This document shows positions 57,971 to 64,000 of a stretch of 64,000 nucleotides of DNA, one piece after another (position 1 is the stretch's first letter; each line of letters opens with the position of its first letter). The stretch lies in the NCBI RefSeq assembly GCF_009914755.1, contig NC_060926.1. The stretch is one strand, 5' to 3'. The DNA comes from the human T2T-CHM13v2.0 reference genome, Homo sapiens. Below the pieces are notes generated by a model. That model saw nothing but the letters and a program-made list of their open reading frames with translations. It had not been told where the DNA came from and did no database searches. The position numbers were made by a program, and so were the translations under genes.

Positions 57971-59501
57971 TGATAAGCAACTTCAGCAAAGTCTCAGGAT
58001 ACAAAATCAATGTGCAAAAATCACAAGCAATCCTACACACCAATAACAGAGAGCCAAATCATGAGCGAACTCCCATTCACAATTCCTAAAAAGAGAATAA
58101 AATACCTAGGAATCCAACTTACAAGGGATGTGAAGGACCTCTTCAAGGAGAACTACAAACCACTGCTCAACGAGATAAAAGAAGACACAAACAAATGGAA
58201 GAACATTCAATGCTCATAGATAGGAAGAATCAATACCATGAAAATGGCCATACTGCCCAAGGTAATTTACAGATTCAATGCCATCCCCATCAAGCTACCA
58301 ATGACTTTCTTCACAGAATTGGAAAACAACTACTTTAAAGTTCATATGGAACCAAAAAAACAGCCTGCATTGCCAAGACAATCCTAAGCAAAAAGAACAA
58401 AGCTGGAGGCATCATGCTACCTGACATCAAACTATACTACAAGGCTACAGTAACCAAAACAGCATGGTACTAGTACCAAAACACAGAGATAGACCAATGG
58501 AACAGAACAGAGGCCTCAGAAATAACACCACACATCTACAACCATCTGAGCTTTGACAAACCTGACAAAAACAAGAAATGGGGAAACGATTCCCTATTTA
58601 ATAAATGGTGCTGGGAAAACTGGCTAGCTATACATAGAAAGCTGAAACTGGATCCCTTTCTTACACCTTATACAAAAATTAATTCAAGATGGATTAAAGA
58701 CTTAAATGTTAGACCTAAAACCATAAAAATCCTAGAAGAAAACCTAGGCAATACCATTCAGGACGTAGGCATGGATAAGGACTTCATGACTAAAACACCA
58801 AAAGCACTGGCAAGAAAAACCAAAATAGACAAATGGGATCTAATTAAACTAAAGAGCTTCTGCACGGCAAAAGAAACTACCATCAGAGTGAACAGGAAAC
58901 CTACAGAATGGGAGAAAATTTTGCAATCTATCCATCTGACAAAGGGCTAATATCCAGAATCTACAAAGTACTTAAACACATTTACAAGAAAAAAGCAAAT
59001 AATCCCATCAAAAAGTGGGCAAAGGATATGAACAGCCACTTCTCAGAAGAAGACATTTATGCAGCCAACAGACACATGAAAAAATGCTCATCATCACTGG
59101 TCATCAGAGAAATGCAAATCAAAACCACAATGAAATATTTTCTCACACCAGTTGGAATGGCGATCATTTAAAAGTCAGGAAACAACAGATGCTAGAGAGG
59201 ATGTGGATAAATAGGAACGCTTTTACACCGTTGGTGGGAGTATAAATTAGTTCAACCACTGTGGAAGACAGTGTGGCGATTCCTCAAGGATCTAGAACTA
59301 AAAATACCATTTGACCCAGCCATCCCATTACTGGGTATATACCCAAAGGATTATAAATCATGCTGCTATAAAGACACATGTACACATATGTTTCTTGTGG
59401 CACTATTCACAATAGCAAAATCTTGGAACCAACCCAAATGTCCATCAATGATAGACTGGATTAAGAAAATGTGGCACATATACATCACAGAATACTATGC
59501 A

Positions 59502-60420
59502 CTCCCATGTTAACTGCAGAACTATCCACAATAGCCAACATTTGGAAGTAACCTAAGTATCCATTAACAGACAAATAGATAAAGAAAATGTGGTACATAT
59601 ACAGAATGGAATACTATTCAGTCACAAGAAAGAATGAGATGCAAATGTCATTTACAACATGGATGGAACCGGAAGTCATTATGTTAAATGAAATAAACCA
59701 GGCACAGAAAGAAAAATGTTGCATGTTCTCATTGATTTGTGGGAGCTAAAAATTAAAATAACTGAGGCCAGGTGTGCTGGCTCATGCTTGTAATTCCAGC
59801 ACTTTGGGAGGCCGAGGCAGGAGGATCACTTGATTCCAGTTCAAGACCAGCCTTGACAAGATGGTGAGACCCCTGTCTCTACAAAAATTTAAAATTAGCC
59901 AAGCATGGTAGTGCACACCTGTAGTCCCAGCTACTCAGGAGGCTGATGTGGGAGGATCACTTGAGCCCAGGAATTTGAGGCTGTCATGAGCTATAATCAC
60001 ACCACTGCTTTCCTACCTTGGTGACAGGGAGAGACCCTGTCTCTATTTAAAGAAAAAAATAAAATTGAACTCATGGAGATAATAGAATGATGTTTACCAC
60101 AGGCTGGGAATGGTATTGGGTGGCAGGGAGTGGGGATGGTTAATGGGCACAAAAAACAGCTAGATAGAATGAATAAAATATAGTATTTATGATAGCACAA
60201 CAGGGTGAGTATAGTAAATAACAATCAAATTGTACATTTAAAAATAACTAAAAGAGTATGATTAGATTGCTTGTAACACAAAAAGCAAATGCTTGAGGTG
60301 ACAATGTCCCATTATCCTGATGTGACTATTATTACACATTGTATGCCTGGATCAAAATGTCTCACGTATCATATAAATATATGCACCTACTATATGCCCA
60401 CAAAAATTAAATTTTTTAAA
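59502..60420 (+). mobile_element. L1MA (about MA2-4) 3' end
   Basis: gaactcatggagat...gatagcacaacagggtgag...aaataactaaaagagt...cctactatatgcccacaaaaatt. Confidence 0.85.
59766..60058 (+). mobile_element. AluJ
   Basis: Alu dimer within the L1MA 3' UTR. Confidence 0.9.
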
Positions 60421-60870
60421 ATCTGTGCAGCAGCAAAAGAAAAAAATCTAAAAAATGAAAAAAATTAAATTTTTAAAAACTAAATAAATAAAATTTACAT
60501 GAAAATGTAAAGAAACTAAAGTAGCTAAAAACAATTTTGAAGAAAGAAGAAAGTGGGAGAAAGCAGTCTACCTTATTGCAAGACTTATACAGCTACAGTA
60601 ATCAAGACTGCGTGAAGGGACACACACATAATTCAATGGAACAGAAGAGATCCCAGAAACAGCCCCACAGTACAGCCAACTGATTTTTCCCAAAGGTACA
60701 AAAGCCTTTCAATGGAGGAAGAACAGCCTTTTCAACAAATGGTGCTGCTGGAGCAATTTCATAAACATAAGCAAAAAAAAAATGAACCTCAATCTAAACT
60801 TCACACCATTTGCCAAAATAAATTAATCATAGATATAAATGTAAAACAAAAACCTGAAAACCTTTCAGAA

Positions 60871-61202
60871 CAGGGGTCCCCAACCCACAGGCCACGGGCC
60901 AGTACCGGTCCATAGCCTGTTAGGAACTGGGCGCGGGGCAGGACATGAGCAGCTGGCCAGTGAGCATTACCACCTGACTTCCGCCTCCTGTCAGATCAAT
61001 GCAGCATTAGATTCTCACAGGGGTGTGAACCCTATTGTGAATTACACATCTGAGGGATCTAGGTTGTGTGCTCCTTATGAGAATCCAATGCCTGATGATC
61101 TAAGTTGGAATAGTTTCATCCCGAAACCATCCCCCACATCAGTTTGTGGAAAAATTGTCTTCATGAAACCAGTCCCTTGTGCCAGAAAGTTGGGGACTGC
61201 TG
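60871..61202. mobile_element. MER1B (hAT-Charlie MITE)
   Basis: Termini caggggtccccaac / gttggggactgctg with 8-bp TSD tttcagaa / ttttagaa. Confidence 0.9.
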
Positions 61203-61223
61203 TTTTAGAAAATAGATAAAAGA

Positions 61224-61561
61224 GGCTGGGCACGGTGGCTCATGCCTGTAATCCCAGCACTTTGGGAGGCAGAGGCAGGCGGATCACGAGGTCAGGAGAT
61301 CGAGACCATCCTGGCTAACACGGGGAAACCCCGTCTCTACTAAAAATACAAAAAACTAGCCGGGCATGGTGGCATACGCCTATACTCCCAGCTACTTGGG
61401 AGGCTGACGCAGGAGAATCACTTGAACCCGGGAGGTGGAGTGAGCCGAGATCGCGCCACTGCACTCCAGCCTGGGTAACAGAGGTAGACTCCGTCTGAAA
61501 GAAAGGAAAAGAAAAGAAAAAAAAAGAAAAGAAAAGAGAAAAGAAAAAAGAAAAGAAAAGA
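61224..61561 (+). mobile_element. AluSc/Y-type with (GAAAA)n tail
   Basis: ggatcacgaggtcaggagatcgagaccatcctggctaacacgg. Confidence 0.92.
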
Positions 61562-61811
61562 GGTAAAAGACATAGAAATATATTTACTGAAGAGGATATA
61601 GGAATGGTAAATATGCACATGAAAAGATGTTCAACATCACTACAATTCCTATCAGAATGGCTGTTACAAAAAAAAATGGCAAAATCAAATACTTCAGGGA
61701 ATGCAGAGAAATCAGATCCTTCGACATAGCTGATAGGAATGTAAAACAGTACATCCACTCTGGAAAATGCTTTGGCAGTTTCTAAAAAAAAAAAAACAAA
61801 AAAACAAAAAA

Positions 61812-61895
61812 CCCAGGATTTTGAGGCTACAGTGAGCTATGATCACACCACTGCACTCCAGCTAGGGTGAGATCCCATCTCTTAAAAAGAAAAAC
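61812..61895 (+). mobile_element. AluJ right-arm fragment
   Basis: gaggctacagtgagctatgatcacaccactgcactccag. Confidence 0.8.
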
Positions 61896-62406
61896 AGATA
61901 TCTTGAACCCTAAGTTTACCAAGAGACTAGTATCACCCAAGTATTCATAGAAAAAGTGAATCAACCAGTCAATAACAGCAATAAAGACAGCCTAATCTGA
62001 GCGTTCACTATGGACCCGCAATTACATAAAGTAATATCTGTGCTTTATCTGTTTTAATCTTTCAACTACCCTTTGAGCTAGGTTAATTAAACTGTGGATT
62101 ATGAAAGTTAAATTCTGTGCTAAAAATCTTACTGTTAGGAAATGGTAGAGCCAGGACTCAAAATTCAGGCAGTATGAACACAAAGCCTGTAGTTCTAATC
62201 CATGATTTAATACTGCCTCCACTAAACTACCCTCAACCTTCATTTGTGAGGGAACAACCAAATAAAATACAGGAAATTACAAACAAGTGAGGTGGGCAGA
62301 ACTGAATTGATATTAATTGAGTTGACCTTTGAAAAGACACCTGAAAGGAAAACCTCTGAAGACACAATTGCTCTAAGAATAACTAATCGATTAGTAAAAG
62401 ATGTTA

Positions 62407-62482
62407 TTAGGTTGTTGCAAAAGTAATTGCAGTTTTCAGCCATTAAAACAGCAAAACTGCAATTACTTTCACACCATCCTAA
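62407..62482. mobile_element. MADE1 (Hsmar1 MITE), palindromic
   Basis: ttaggttgttgcaaaagtaattgc...gcaattactttcacaccatcctaa, flanked by TA. Confidence 0.92.
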
Positions 62483-62534
62483 TACAATAGTTTCTTATTT
62501 AGTGAGCACTAAGTAACACTTTGTGACTGGAATG

Positions 62535-62770
62535 TTTTTTGAGATGGAGTCTCCCTCTATCGCCCAGGCTGGACTGCAAGCTCCGCCTCCCAGGTTCATG
62601 CCATTCTCCTGCCTCAGCCTCCCGAGTAGCTGGGACTACAGGCACCTGCCACCACGCCTGGCTAATTTTTTGTACTTTTAGTAGAGACGGGGTTTCACTG
62701 TGTTATCCAGGGTGGTCTCATTATCCAGGGTGGTCTCGATCTCCTGACCTTGTGATCCGCCCACCTCGGC
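62535..62770 (-). mobile_element. Rearranged AluY
   Basis: AluY diagnostics, an internal deletion, a duplicated ttatccagggtggtctc, and a truncated head. Confidence 0.88.
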
Positions 62771-63765
62771 TGGAATACCTACGTTTTTTACTGAGCCTAA
62801 AAAGATTTAGACATCCATTCGATTGAAAGAGAAGATATATATATGACACAATGATACACAGATCCAGTATAATAATTTGGCCTGCCTCTGTTAGGGGTAA
62901 GAATTAAATGCCTTCTAAAATTCTCTTTCTAAATAATCTGTGATCTCTAGTTTCAAATTTATTAATTTTACAAATTAGTCAATATTTTTACTTTCCTAAA
63001 TTTCTATAAAATAAAACCATACAGAGCCAGGTAAAAGAATTACGACATATAATGTATTAAATTTCAAATTCCACCCTCCTCCCCACAAATAAGAAAAAAA
63101 AAAAAGCCTGAGTAATTATACCTAATAAACACAGTAGCAGGAACGTCAACCTTTGAAAGAGAAAGGAGGCCAAAAAAATGTGTAACCATCTGGCAACCAT
63201 GCAGTATTTGAGAAAATGTTAGTGTTCTAATTGAAATCTAATTGAGTTTGATTTACTTGTCAAGATAATTGCTTCAGTATTAATTAAATATGTCTCCTGC
63301 AGCTGCACAGAAAGCTAAACCTTACATTCTGCTGATTATATAGGATACATATCGATCATTCAAGTCAACATTGCTAGGCTCATGTTACACCAAAAATAGC
63401 TCTCTGTATATTGATTATTAACATCTCAGATTCTGACATTAGTTATTTCTCAATAGATGAAGAATAACATTTCTGAAATCTTGAGAGGAAATTAGTGAGG
63501 CTACTTAAAGACTAGTCAGAAAACTATTCACCATCAATAATATATATATATAAAGCATCTTACATAAATATATGTATATATAAATGATTGTATACATTAT
63601 GAGATTTTTACTTTTTTCTATGAAATTATATATAATTATACTCTATATCTAATATATAAAATATGTAGTAATATATAATATACGTAATATAATTATATAA
63701 GATAATATATAATAGGCATATATTTTATATATAATATATAATCACAAAGAAAAAAGGAAAAATTA

Positions 63766-63880
63766 GGACCACGCATGGTGGCTCACACCTGCAGTCCCAT
63801 CATTTTGATAGGCTGAGGTGGGAAGATCACTTGAGCCCAGGAGTTCAAGGCCAGCCTGGGCAACATTGTGAGACCTCAGT
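63766..63880 (+). mobile_element. FLAM / Alu monomer
   Basis: ggtggctcacacctgcagtccc...ccagcctgggcaacattgtgagacc. Confidence 0.85.
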
Positions 63881-63973
63881 TATATATATTTTTTTTAATT
63901 TTTAAAAGAAAACATTACTCTTTTATAATCCTGTTGCCATTTTCCAGAAAGCAATATGTTAGAGCAGGAAAAT

Positions 63974-64000
63974 ACTATAAATCATGCTGCTATAAAGACA
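63974..64000 (+). mobile_element. Start of a 5'-truncated L1PA running off the window
   Basis: actataaatcatgctgctataaagaca is identical to 54183-54209. Confidence 0.75.

Larger units (their letters stand above)
60485..61790 (+). mobile_element. Continuation of the old L1M ORF2, interrupted by MER1B and an Alu
   Basis: aagacttatacagctacagtaatcaagac and cttttcaacaaatggtgctg. Confidence 0.75.

Noticed and set aside
62240-62345. - strand acceptor ttttcctttcag followed by an open stretch
   Set aside because: No convincing donor and no recognisable protein; the listed ORF starts within MADE1.
63330-63475. - strand donor AAT|gtaagg with possible upstream acceptors
   Set aside because: Every acceptor and frame combination I tried contains stops.

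Overview
This is hominoid (human or great-ape-like) genomic DNA, not prokaryotic. It is AT-rich, CpG-poor and dominated by interspersed repeats: more than 20 Alus, many L1 fragments of very different ages, MaLR/ERV LTRs, hAT and mariner MITEs, MIRs and one tiny SVA tail. No complete host gene or intact retroelement is visible, and most ORF-track entries are Alu, L1, LTR or microsatellite artefacts. Essentially all L1 copies lie on the + strand, which suggests a large intron of a gene transcribed on the - strand; a few weak - strand exon candidates fit this. I see no evidence of a new multi-gene system. The most unusual features are: (1) a nested L1 stack at 45-62 kb in which a young L1PA2 insertion fuses the host L1 promoter and ORF1 ATG in frame to about 290 codons of ORF2; (2) a 56-bp-arm fold-back hairpin; (3) a duplicated 57-nt exon-like cassette and a 27-nt microexon candidate; (4) several templated-insertion repair scars; (5) a minimal SVA insertion. 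Repeat subfamily calls come from recalled consensus sequences and their boundaries are approximate.
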